Source: Antedon mediterranea (lineage: Eukaryota > Animalia > Echinodermata). Taken from it: a stretch of DNA of 64,000 bases. A program made the position numbers and the translations under genes. Below the pieces are notes generated by a model. That model did not search any database, was not told where the DNA came from, and was given only the letters and a program-made list of their open reading frames with translations. This document shows positions 12,101-21,732 of the stretch, in pieces (the stretch's first letter is position 1; each line of letters opens with the position of its first letter). Where the stretch lies: NCBI RefSeq assembly GCF_964355755.1, contig NC_092675.1, positions 28,492,912-28,556,911 of the forward strand, written 5' to 3'.

Positions 12101-12757
12101 TCGTAATGTTTGCCGTGGTGCTTCCTTTGGAATTTACCAGATCGGCCAGATTCGTAAGTACCTTGACAAAACATCAACTGAACGTCTTGTTCATGCTTTT
12201 GTTTCATCTCGTCTGGACTGTAATAACTCGCTTCTGTACGGCCTACCAACTTCTTATCTGTCTCCTCTTCAACGAATCCAAAATTCCGCCGCAAGACTTA
12301 TCACTGGCACTAAACGACATGAACATATTTCTCCCGTTTTACGTGACTTACACTGGTTGCCTGTTGATCAGCGCATTCGTTTTAAAATCCTGTTGCTGAC
12401 ATATAAGGCCATCAACGGATGTGCTCCAGCCTACATATGTGACATCATTACTCCGTCAACCAACTCTTCGCTTCGTTCATCCAGCAGACTTCTTCTAAAA
12501 CCTGGACCCCGTTCCAGAACTCGGTTTTACGGTGATCGTGCTTTCGCTGTCGCAGCCCCAAAACTCTGGAACACTCTACCACTCGAAATACGCTCATCAA
12601 AATCTGTTTTCACATTTAAAACTAAACTCAAAACTCATCTCTTCAGAGAAGCATAATCGCACGCTACTACTTGCACTGATCTTGGAAAACACAGCGCTTT
12701 GAAACCTTTGTCTCTTGCGCTTTATAAATGTTATTTATTATTATTATTATTATTATA
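9150..12757 (+). mobile_element. Apparently full-length L2-clade non-LTR retrotransposon with a single ORF
   Basis: Uninterrupted 3.4 kb ORF, short 3' UTR with an AGCGC...GCGCT stem-loop (about 12693-12722) and (ATT)n tail at 12731-12757. The 5' boundary is approximate and no TSD was found. Confidence 0.85.
9552..12656 (+). CDS. LINE ORF2-type protein: APE endonuclease plus reverse transcriptase
   Basis: Endonuclease motifs WNARS, ITESWL, IYRPP, GDFNIH, HTLDL, SDH. RT motifs YRPIANL, QSAYR, STETAL, LLDYSAAFDT, GVPQGS, YADD (11820-11831). L2-type C-terminus HISPVLRDLHWLP...[15 protein letters not shown]. The ORF is open from 9234 with in-frame ATGs at 9324 and 9552; the true start is uncertain. 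Confidence 0.92.
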   Translation: MIYYDRDQLLRLSGNLKSSLTPSEIDTINRLNINAFTTCRAFSTRKTHRGKKAGRRRSKLISAATEHISQPRRPVSVDTEQSRSSSSICFGLWNARSIRNKTVHVCDFILDVELDILVITESWLKGDASDNHFIADVSNTLPNFVVSHEPRPTGGRGGGICIISHRGLQITPNVSTSFRSFEHMDIKITSNSSVINLISIYRPPPSTKNKLTFDLFITEFSSLLESVSCTKNLLIVGDFNIHTDDLLDNNTKRFDELLYTSCLHQHVQGPTHVSGHTLDLLISRKNDNIIKQTTVKQGLPSDHMAVISFVDLSHPKQPTRTTSYRKLRNIDLNCFVEDIMNSPLVCAPEDNVSDLADQYNNVLQYILDQHAPLTTKLVTIRPRAPWYTNELREAKCVKRRSERRMLKSGLDIDKQRYKLECKAYKDMLDLAKCNYHRNEIANADDKNLFRIISKLYSVDSSPVLPKHTSSMDLANQFGCFFNEKILKICKKLNSINTPLITVNVDESCNSSFAEFEQISEDTVRKVIAESASKSSRLDPIPTRLLKNCIDALLPHITKIVNMSLSSGTVPSAFKLSLVMPLLKKQNLDSNVLQNYRPIANLPFLFKVLERIATAQIKAYMDEHFLFSKVQSAYRRFHSTETALLRVTNDLLLALDKGNEAVLILLDYSAAFDTINHDLLFQRLHKRYGISGTALKWFISYFENRRQAIIVGDSMSDEFALPWGVPQGSVKGPLDFILYTGPLSNIIDSHPEVRHMIYADDTQLYLIMKPTHHSESVNSLESCIADVRSWAIQNKLMLNDSKTEMIHFHSKFREASSFPLVHIGDTSVSTSSSARNLGVQLDNSLGLKEHIRNVCRGASFGIYQIGQIRKYLDKTSTERLVHAFVSSRLDCNNSLLYGLPTSYLSPLQRIQNSAARLITGTKRHEHISPVLRDLHWLPVDQRIRFKILLLTYKAINGCAPAYICDIITPSTNSSLRSSSRLLLKPGPRSRTRFYGDRAFAVAAPKLWNTLPLEIRSSKSVFTFKTKLKTHLFREA

Positions 12758-13704
12758 CTGTATATAATTAATTTACTGTGGAAAAATTCAAATGTGGACA
12801 TAATAAACGAAAATACTACTGGTACCGTACAAAGCTCTGTACCATCATTCACAGAAATAAAATCCAAATATAGTTGGTACTTTATTAATAAATTGAGTTC
12901 TAGCTTGTCTGTGCCATATGCTTTACTTTCATTGCCTCACCCTTCGAATGAGACATAAAGTTGTTGACCCATGTACATACTGTGCATGTTAAAGAACTTG
13001 GTACACTATTCGAAAAGGGTAGATGTGCTGACATGGGTAAGCAACGATTAGAGGGTGACAAACTAAAATAATTTAGTAAGAGTAATTAATTATTTTCTGT
13101 TGAAACATACGGTAGTGAAATTGATTAAAGTTCAGACATGAAAAAAGTGTGACCTCATGAAATATAAAGTTCATTATATATTATTCATTAAATAACATGT
13201 TTTCAAGGTGTATACATGTTCTAGCCAAAATGCTATGACCTTTAAACAGTTTTATGCGACAGGCTAGTTGTTGTAATAAAGCAAACTAATACTTATAAAT
13301 GTTTAAATTTTTATGTTGCTTTCTACGACTTTAATAAAAGCCAAATTATGACTTTCTACTTTAGTAAGATTTCATGATTTCCCTGCATGAACCCTACCAT
13401 TAATTGTGGTAGTTAAGAATGCTACACAATGTATTTAAACTGGTCGTTTACTGCAGTAAATCTAATTAAAAATTAATACAGTATTCATTCAATTAAACAC
13501 TGCTTTAATGGTACCTAAATAAAAGGCTTAAAGATGGTAGATAATACGTTACCAGAGGCAGATCCAGAATTTGTTTTAATAGACAAGTGCTAAACATATA
13601 ATAGTAAAACAAATAGATAAAAAAAAATTCATAATGAAAATACACAACAAATACAGAGAAGACCTGATTTAAAACTTTATTACGACTTTAAAAAGTGTAA
13701 TAAC

Positions 13705-13787
13705 GGCAGAAATAGCAAGCCGTTTATCCACACCATGCTGTTAATAATTTAAGCATGGCATATCATTAATCTTCTATTTATGCTGCC
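13705..13787 (-). promoter_or_regulatory. SECIS element (type I) in the selenoprotein U 3' UTR
   Basis: Minus strand: AUGA (13766-13763), U, helix II AUGCCAUGCU paired with AGCAUGGUGU (10 bp), apical loop UAAAUUAUUAAC with AAA, then G-GA-U (GA at 13728-13727). Helix I pairs GGCAG..AAUAG..AAG with CUU..CUAUU..CUGCC. AATAAA follows at 13681-13676. Confidence 0.9.
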
Positions 13788-14244
13788 AGTACATTTCTGT
13801 TGTAAAAATATAATTTTGTTCCGATCACAGATCACTGCCATATGGAATCTAATACTAGCACCATCTGTATATTTTAATTTGTGCCGTTGCTCACCGCAAT
13901 TTCATAAATCTTTCATGGTTTATTGTCTTCATAATACTGTATTGTATTTTAAAAATTGAATGGATTAATTTATTTTAATTACTTTAATATTCAAAGTATT
14001 TAGTCCCACTCTCTCTCTCTCTCCCCCCTCCATATCTACAGACGTAGGTGATCATGTTCTGCCACAATTTTCTGCTTCTCGCTTTCATTATCCACTCCTT
14101 AATGTTTAACCACTCAATTACAATTAATTAAGTCTCACTAAACCAATTAAATATTATTTCTGTATTGCACATAATCATTTTTCATTAATTTAATCATTTA
14201 ATCATAATTCATTATTTGAATATTTGGTATCGAGTTAAAATCAT

Positions 14245-17001
14245 TTATTTTTTAGACACAATCTTTTTGGCTGCTTCTAAAACTTCGGTTTTATTTGAAT
14301 AATCTCCAAAATCTTTATCTCTATGGTCCAATAGTACTCCTTGATTTCCAGATCCTATTACAAACACACCTCCTAGAGTCCATCCATCACCTAAATAAGA
14401 ATGAAAAAGTTCCATATATTAAAAAGTTATTTTGTTAAGTTATAATTTACATTACCTTTTGTTGTTTTGCTCAGGGTACTATAACGAGACAAAACGCCGC
14501 CTTCTAGTTTGTGGCGCAATCAACAGTTTATATATTCTATTGATTATTCAATTTATGTTAAAATCATTGCTTATCAAAACTGTTGGTAATAAATGTATAC
14601 ATGACATGACAACTCCAACACAATCACAGCTCCAAAATGTCAGGGAGTGAAATGGAGGGGGACCACGCAGTTTTACTGCATCAAATCATATAAGATAAGC
14701 CACTTGTAAGTCACACCCTACTTACAGTAGTCAAGCACTATGCCTGTTTTGCCCACAAGAGTATTAATGAGCGTATATTTTATAAAGTGATCCTTCATTG
14801 CTATTAACAATCTAATTCAATCAAACACTATTAACATATTTTAATATTTGTATTATACCAATATTAATATACTGTAACAGATATAGCTGCGAATGTTAAG
14901 TGTCCTGTTGCTTAGTTGCCTCTCTAGTTGTAATGTAATAATATAGCTATTTATAGAAGTGGAAATTTAAATAATTACCTTTCAGGTTAAGAGGAACCTC
15001 TTTCTGGTAAGCTCTCCAACCAGATATAACGTTGCTAATTCGTAACAAACCACTAACACCCATCTGTCGCTCCTCGGGATTGGGACCATAAAAATGTTTC
15101 TACAATTAGATAATAATAAATTTATTATATGAATAGACACAATGAATAGTACTTGAAGCCAAAACAAAAAACCAGTAGAAGGATGGGATTGTAGCATTTG
15201 CTGAAATATGAATGGCAGTTACACAGGAGAGAAAAACATGGGCTGACAATTGGCTGAAATAATCAAGATTCAATATGTTTGCTATAAAACAAAAGTAGTT
15301 GACTTTAGTAAAAGTTTTGGAATCTCAACTTTACAAACTAAATTTATCATTTGATGTAGCTACTGTACGTGTGCGCTAAGGCAAAAATACAATTTTCTTT
15401 CGCCAAATACATTTTTTTTAGCAAAATAAAATATCGTAATTTTCAGGCCCCAAATTTTTACAGCAGCCACTCTCTTAGTTGGCCTTAATGCCTTTGAAAA
15501 TGAACAACCACGGCCACTACTACGGCTAGTGTGCGTAGTGTAGGGGAGAGAAGAGTAATTTAGTCTGGTTTTTCTCCCTCCCTGTGAATACACACTGATA
15601 AACAGTAAATTACACTCACTTGTTTATCTAAGAAGATTTCCGCCTTGATGTATGGAATGAAATCTTTGTAGCCAAGAGTTTCGTGCACAACAGCGTACAA
15701 AGGTACGCCTAGCGCGTCCAGCTCTGGCTTGAGGGAGGACAGCTCAAGAGCCTCCTACAGGAATAAAACACACAAAACCATTAGTACCGGATACAAAACA
15801 TTAAAAATAAAACTACTGTACAACTACTGTACTGTTAGAGTAAGTAAGTCCACCTCAACCTATGCAAAATGAGATGTTTTGAATTGTTTGGATGTGATGG
15901 TGCAACATATAATGTATTATTAATCATCCTCAGTATAACTAAATAAACTTGCATTAGGCCCTGTACAGATCTTATGACTAGCACATTCAATAGGGACTTT
16001 TTAATTTTGCGAGGTGACCCAATTTGGTGGATTCTAGGTTTAGGATTCAGTTATCACAGACATACACAGTTGAACCTGTTGGTGGAAGGTCATCACAAAT
16101 GATTTAATGCATAATTTACATAGGTCCCAGCTCATTGGAAATCAACAGTAAAAGGCAATTCCCGTATTCATTTCTGAACATAGGGTAATGAGCTGTTGGG
16201 AGCTCATTTTACTAAGCCTCGGCATTATGTGGTAGGGTGACCAGTTCCTTTCCATGCCACCTTAATATCCTCCCTAGTATTTTCAACCAGGTGCTCATTT
16301 ACAGCTGAGCAGACTGGAAGTTGTCAGCATTTGGACCCAGGTCTCTCTGTATAATGCACTTGTCAATTGCATGACCCACTATACGACCCCCGGGAGAGGT
16401 GCGTCATTTGTCCGATGTGCGTCCTACTTTTGAATACCATGACGCACAGGTGCGTCAAAAAGGTGACTTACCTTTAGGTGACCATGACGCACCCATTTTG
16501 ACGCACTGTGACCATGTTGTTTATGATATGGTGGGTGGTAAAGTGACGGACATTGACACACCTTGTTCATTGATGTGACGTACCATCTAGGTTTTTTGAC
16601 GCACCCCTGCGTCAGTAATTATTTGTAAATGACGCACACATGACGCACCTCTCCCAGGGGTTGTATAGTGGGTCATACAATTGACAAGTGCATAACAGTG
16701 AAGTGTCCTAACCACTAACAATCCGTAAAACAGTATAAAATGAATATAGCCTGACCTCCTTGCACAAAGATCACCCAGGCCGACGTACAACCATAATAAC
16801 AGCACCAGAATCTCTCCATAATGTATCAGCCTTAAACTTTTTCTGCTCTGACTTGCTATCGCTCAAAACTTCAAGCACACCCTTTGACAAATAGCTTACA
16901 TCGGCTTTGAGGTCTACCGTTGGGATCCAGAAATCCAGGTTGGCGACAAATAAAGCCGCAAAAGCAATCAACGTCGCCCCCAAGAATATGCTGGATAGCA
17001 T
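14245..17001 (-). CDS. PRXL2A: Selenoprotein U (PRXL2A/FAM213A family peroxiredoxin-like), Sec-containing, 215 aa
   Basis: Exons 17001-16756, 15754-15620, 15099-14979 and 14390-14245 give 648 nt. The translation reads ...GAVIMVVRRPG-U(TGA 16773-16771)-SLCKE|EALELSSLKPELDALGVPLYAVVHE...GGVFVIGSGNQGVLLDHRDKDFGD. The TGA aligns with the first Cys of the recalled human RRPGCFLCREE, and a SECIS lies downstream. Confidence 0.93.
16355..16692. mobile_element. MITE with about 57 bp TIRs and TAA target duplication (PIF/Harbinger-like), inserted into a tRNA-derived SINE head
   Basis: TGCACTTGTCAATTGCATGACCCACTATAC...GTATAGTGGGTCATACAATTGACAAGTGCA, flanked by TAA on both sides (16352-16354, 16693-16695). 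Removing it restores a minus-strand TAGTGGTTAGGAC...GGTCCAAAT A/B-box-like sequence. Confidence 0.8.
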
Positions 17002-18167
17002 ATTGGCCAATTATATCATGCTATCAAGTCTAACTAAAAGAAAATTATCATCATAATACGTGTTGCTTCGAAAACGAATAACGTTATATAATTTATTAAA
17101 TCTATTCAAATGATCATCTGTCAAGAGCACAGCCACAATAAATTTACAATTTAAATACAAAAAGTATTAAATAAATGTGACAACAAAAACTGAAGGTTCC
17201 CAATCGAATACACTAATGCTCACACAATCACATGACCTTCGATCAAAACATGTGATGATGATGGAAGAGGAAGCCGAGCCAGCAGGTCAGCCACCATGCA
17301 TGGAGGGCTAGACCCGTCCTATTTTATAACAATTTTATTAGTATATTACCACAGTGATCCGAAAAATAAATGTATAAATTCATTTAGTTTTAACCCTTTC
17401 TTTGATTATTCATTATACTTACCATACAACAACTTAATATTACCTAACTACTTAGGCCTAATTTAGTTTCCTCCTTCGGCCCAAACTCATCCGTCCGTCG
17501 CGCCCGGTGTTGTGTCACAAAAATATGACTCGAGTTTGATTTGAGTTGAGCTCCCTCTATTGTTGAATTTAAGTTAACACAAACAAAAAAGATCAATCGC
17601 AGTACCGCTAACACATTTTATTCAATAATAATTAACAATCACTATAGGTAAATAAGCAATAATGATAATGAATGATAACAATGTTAAACGATATGTACAC
17701 TTAGTCCATGCAGTACTAGGCCACAACTCTGTACAATTGTCAAACAAACACCATTTTAATTTGTAGGATGATCGAGTCCATACAGTACAATTGTTTGAGT
17801 ATTATAGTAGGCCTACTGTATGGACTATAGTATAAATCAAATTTTGTGAAAGTGATTACACTAATTAATGATTTTTTTTAACTTGATGAATCACCAAAGT
17901 AGTAAAACACTAAAATAGGTAAAAAAGAACCATTAAGATACAGAGCAACAAAAGAATGGAATCTTTTTACTAATAACTGAAATTATAACTAAACTGAAAA
18001 AAAATAAAAATCTAAAAATGTAGATGGTCTAGTTACTAACATGATCGTAGTATGAGCATAATAGCCCTACTCAAACCCGGGACGCCCAAACCTTACATTT
18101 TATGTTTTATTTTCTTAGTTAAGATAAGAGTAGGTTTTTCGGATCCTAATGTTAATTTCACCATTGA

Positions 18168-18965
18168 CTAACAACATGCATTAAGCTTTTCATAATATGG
18201 CATTGATATCTGGACATACTCTTGTACAATTTTTGGTAACTCCTCAATCGAGGGAAGAGGTTTGGATAGCTCTCTCTTAAAACCACCCGCTGTTAAACTG
18301 TTTGCAAACCAATTATACGTATAATCTACATCCCAAACAGTCGGTGCCACGCTCCACTCTACTTTGGGCTTGCTATCCCAGCTTAGTAAACCATCGTTAT
18401 ATTCAAACCCAACAGCTTCGCAATATTTTTCTAGAACTTGTTTAGGATTTTTGAGCAAATCGTCTGCATTTACAACAAATGGTTTCTTGCCGTTTTCATT
18501 CTCAATGTAGCAGTATAGTTCCCAAAGTTCTTGATAGCCTAGGCCTTCTGGAAGCCAACGAGAAAGGTTGCCATCCACGTCATCTGCACCGGAAGATACT
18601 ATCGCATTGTAATAAGACAAAAATGATTTGATTGGATGTCGTATAAGAAATGAGTGTTTGTAGCCTTTAGCAATTTTGTCATACCGTTTATGAACGGCGT
18701 AACCCATGTCTTTTACAAAGACACATTTATTCTTTAGTGATTTATCTTCCAGACTTGCCTTAACGTAATCGTAGGTACACTGCATTTCAGACGGAGAAGC
18801 ATCCATTGGAATAACACGTCCTTCCGGGCCGTAGTGATCAGCACAACCGTATGGTTCATGATATATTGCTACATTGTGAATACTTTCCATGCTTCTGGTA
18901 AAAGCGGTTGACACGGATCTTGGAACTACCCAAAGAAAAACGTGCGCATTTCTTGATGACGTCAT
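18168..18965 (-). CDS. Sulfotransferase-like P-loop protein, copy 1 (265 aa, intronless CDS; resembles the N-terminal domain of plant 'BCAT-like protein 2' and bacterial relatives)
   Basis: FLWVVPRSVSTAF resembles a 5'-PSB loop; HEPY, VFVKDM and FLIRHPIKSFLSYY (3'-PB-like) follow. A CAG acceptor lies 6 nt before the ATG at 18965, so the longer ORF start at 19007 is probably intronic. Family assignment is from recalled motifs. Confidence 0.75.
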   Translation of the reverse strand: MTSSRNAHVFLWVVPRSVSTAFTRSMESIHNVAIYHEPYGCADHYGPEGRVIPMDASPSEMQCTYDYVKASLEDKSLKNKCVFVKDMGYAVHKRYDKIAKGYKHSFLIRHPIKSFLSYYNAIVSSGADDVDGNLSRWLPEGLGYQELWELYCYIENENGKKPFVVNADDLLKNPKQVLEKYCEAVGFEYNDGLLSWDSKPKVEWSVAPTVWDVDYTYNWFANSLTAGGFKRELSKPLPSIEELPKIVQEYVQISMPYYEKLNACC

Positions 18966-19919
18966 GGTACTCTGCTTTTCAAAATAAATATTGTTACAGT
19001 ATGTCAATGTTATTCAGTCAATGACTTAACAGTCCTTCCTAAAGCGTGGTTTCCCACTAGAAAAGAAAATGGAACATTTAAACAAAAATTAATAATAAAT
19101 AAAAGTAAAAAAGCGTAGTTAGAAATAGAACAAAAATAAAATAATGTCTTATGATTGACTTTTCTTGTAAATAATAGTAGATATTTTTGTAATAATAATG
19201 ATTATCAGAATTCAGCATAAATCTAACATGTAATTAAATTAATTTGTAATACTGTATAAAATAATAATAGATCCATATTTTTGTATAATTATTGTAATAT
19301 TATTTTATTATGTTGGGGACCCCTTTGGAAACAAGCCTCTGGGCTTAAAGGGCCATCCCCTGCTTTCCATGCTTATTTTCTTGTCTAGTCTTGTATTTTT
19401 ATATTTAATTGTTTCTCTTTTTATTTCATTTATTTATTCATTTTATTTATTTGTACTGTATTTGGAAAGCAATAAATATTACTTACTTACTTACTTAAAT
19501 CAGACCTATAAATATCCATAAGGCTTATATGATGCTGGATAGAACTTTTCTTATGAAAATACGAAAAGAGATTCTTGGTTTATCGTGGACAATAGTTCAA
19601 AATTAGAACATTAAAACCTGGAAACAAGTTATTAAGAATAATTACCTCACTACAATCCTGAACGCACCAAGAGATCATACCACTTACTTGACTTTAGAAC
19701 TTACTTGATGACATCGCTTAGTTGACTATTATATAAGCCTGCCATTTGTATAAATAAGGTGATCATTATTCGCCGTCTGGTTCAATCCAGAATTGAATAC
19801 GTAATATGCATTCATCCATATTTATAGTGTATATTCTTTGCAACCTTTTTATATTTTCAACCTTTTATTTCATGGTAATATTAAATAACAACAATTATGG
19901 TAACATTAATAGTTGACAC

Positions 19920-20629
19920 CGCCGTTCCGCAACGTGGGTCGCGAAAAAAAATGATGGATCGCGAAATTGTTTCCGATACTGAAACTTTTTATCAATTATA
20001 CACTGATCTATATGTGAAAAGTTCTCAGTTTAGAAGAATCTACTACACTGATTACATTTGTACATCTACAGTTTTTCCATATGTTGACGTGCAGCGAGTC
20101 CGTAGTTCGTTGTTAATATACAAGTGGGGAATCCCCGTAGATTTAATAACCTACCAACTGGTTCTACGACGCTATTTTTCTGTAGTTTGCAAAGGAGTGT
20201 GTATACTTGACTGAAAAACTGCTACCTTTAATGTAGGCCTACCGGCGGTGGGAAATTTTACAATGGACATTAGAATAGATAGAACAATATAAACAGGTTC
20301 ATCCCAAATTACACTCATAGCAATGTTGTTCAGGTTGTTGGTTTGGGAGAATCCCCTGATGTTAGCATTGAACGCAAATGGGGAACGCTGCTATAGAGAA
20401 TCGATGATTATTTATTTATTTTTATTTCAACAATATATAGGATGGTCCACCCAGCCGAAGCTAATCCTCACAAAAATACAAACAACCAGATGTAAGGAGA
20501 GGACACTATGACAATAGTACGATGTGGTGGGGGGGGGGGGGGTTCTGTAAGATCAAATACGCAATGTTGGGTCCCGAATTCCCCAAATAGGATCATGAGG
20601 TCGCGGTCAAAAAATATTGCGGAACGCTG
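19920..20629. mobile_element. Non-autonomous hAT-like DNA transposon between the two sulfotransferase-like genes
   Basis: Imperfect TIRs C..CGTTCCGCAA / TTGCGGAACGCTG; 8-bp TSD GTTGACAC (19912-19919) versus GTTTACAC (20630-20637). Confidence 0.65.
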
Positions 20630-20744
20630 GTTTACACTAGGCCAACCGTAGTAAAAAAAGAAAAGAAAAGCAACTATATTATAAATCATAGGCTGCATAG
20701 GCAGGACATATAAAAAATCAAAATCAAATAAGTTACAAGTTTAT

Positions 20745-20780
20745 TATACATGTTTCGGGCATAGCCCATCATCAGGTGAA
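20745..20780 (-). ncRNA. Hammerhead-ribozyme core motif, probably a Penelope-like element remnant
   Basis: Minus strand CUGAUGA-U-GGGC-UAU-GCCC-GAAAC-AU-GUA: conserved core, 4-bp stem II and palindromic ACAUGU stem III. Stem I pairs poorly. Confidence 0.5.
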
Positions 20781-21732
20781 GAGAATTGTAACAACATATA
20801 AGTCACAAAATTACATAATAAAACAAATTAAACAATTAAAGACGGTAACAAACAAAAGGCATAGTTATAAAAGGCACGCCTCCAAAAAGCTTTAGAGTAA
20901 AAGTGTATAAAATAAAAAAAAATTAACTGATAAACACAGCTTATTACGAAAAAACCCCAACCCTCAACCCCCCCCCCCCCCCATTTTTTTTTTTTTTTTC
21001 AATTTACTTAATGTAGCAATGTAGATAACATAGTTATTGAGTGAGTCATGGAATTCAGTGAATCAAATCAAATGCCGGTAGGGGCAAGAGTGCCAAGCTT
21101 AACAATTATTCTTTCTTCTATAATTCTACGAGTTGTCTCAGAACCATTACATACCTTAACACCAGAAATGGCATGTAATGTGATCAGCCACTGATCATAA
21201 CTGGGCCCTCTGGGAGACCAGTCTTTGACTGAAGAGGTTACCCAGTATAAATATATATTTCAATAAGGACCAGAAGGTCCTACTATTTTGTTTGAACATA
21301 AAAACATAATTAATATCAAACATCTATTTCTATTACATTTGAATTTCACAAGAAAGTATTCCCTTACATTATGTGTCCCCTGAATATGGGTGTTTCAATG
21401 AACGGGTTTGAAGATTTAAAAGAAAATAATAAAGTTCCTTGTGTGTTTATATTTAATTTTATTAACAAAATCCTCAATGTTAAAAATAACATGATCTACC
21501 ATTCATTCAGTAACAACATATTCTCTTGGTTATCATTCAGATGTGTTAGATTGTTTTAACAATTAAAATTTAGAAACACGTCGATTACCTTTATTGTTAA
21601 TACAGCCACGTTTATAACAGTAGTTAGTTATCAAAATAACTCTTAAAATATAAAAATAGACAACCATGTGTTTATGCATACATTATAATTGTACTTGTTA
21701 ATATGCTCATTTTTAGTTCCAAATGACTGTGG

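Noticed and set aside
9572-12399. Several antisense and alternate-frame ORFs inside the LINE
   Set aside because: They are shadows of the long RT ORF with no recognisable motifs.
13880-13935. Second SECIS candidate (ATGA words in the SelU 3' UTR)
   Set aside because: No helix II closing on a GA quartet could be formed.
16771-17010. 79-aa ORF read as a truncated protein or pseudogene, starting at TTG 17010
   Set aside because: The TGA aligns with the catalytic Cys, the downstream exons are intact and a SECIS is present. The first in-frame ATG is at 17001.
18966-19007. N-terminal extension of sulfotransferase-like copy 1 in the ORF track
   Set aside because: It is absent from copy 2 and lies upstream of a shared CAG acceptor, so it is probably intron.
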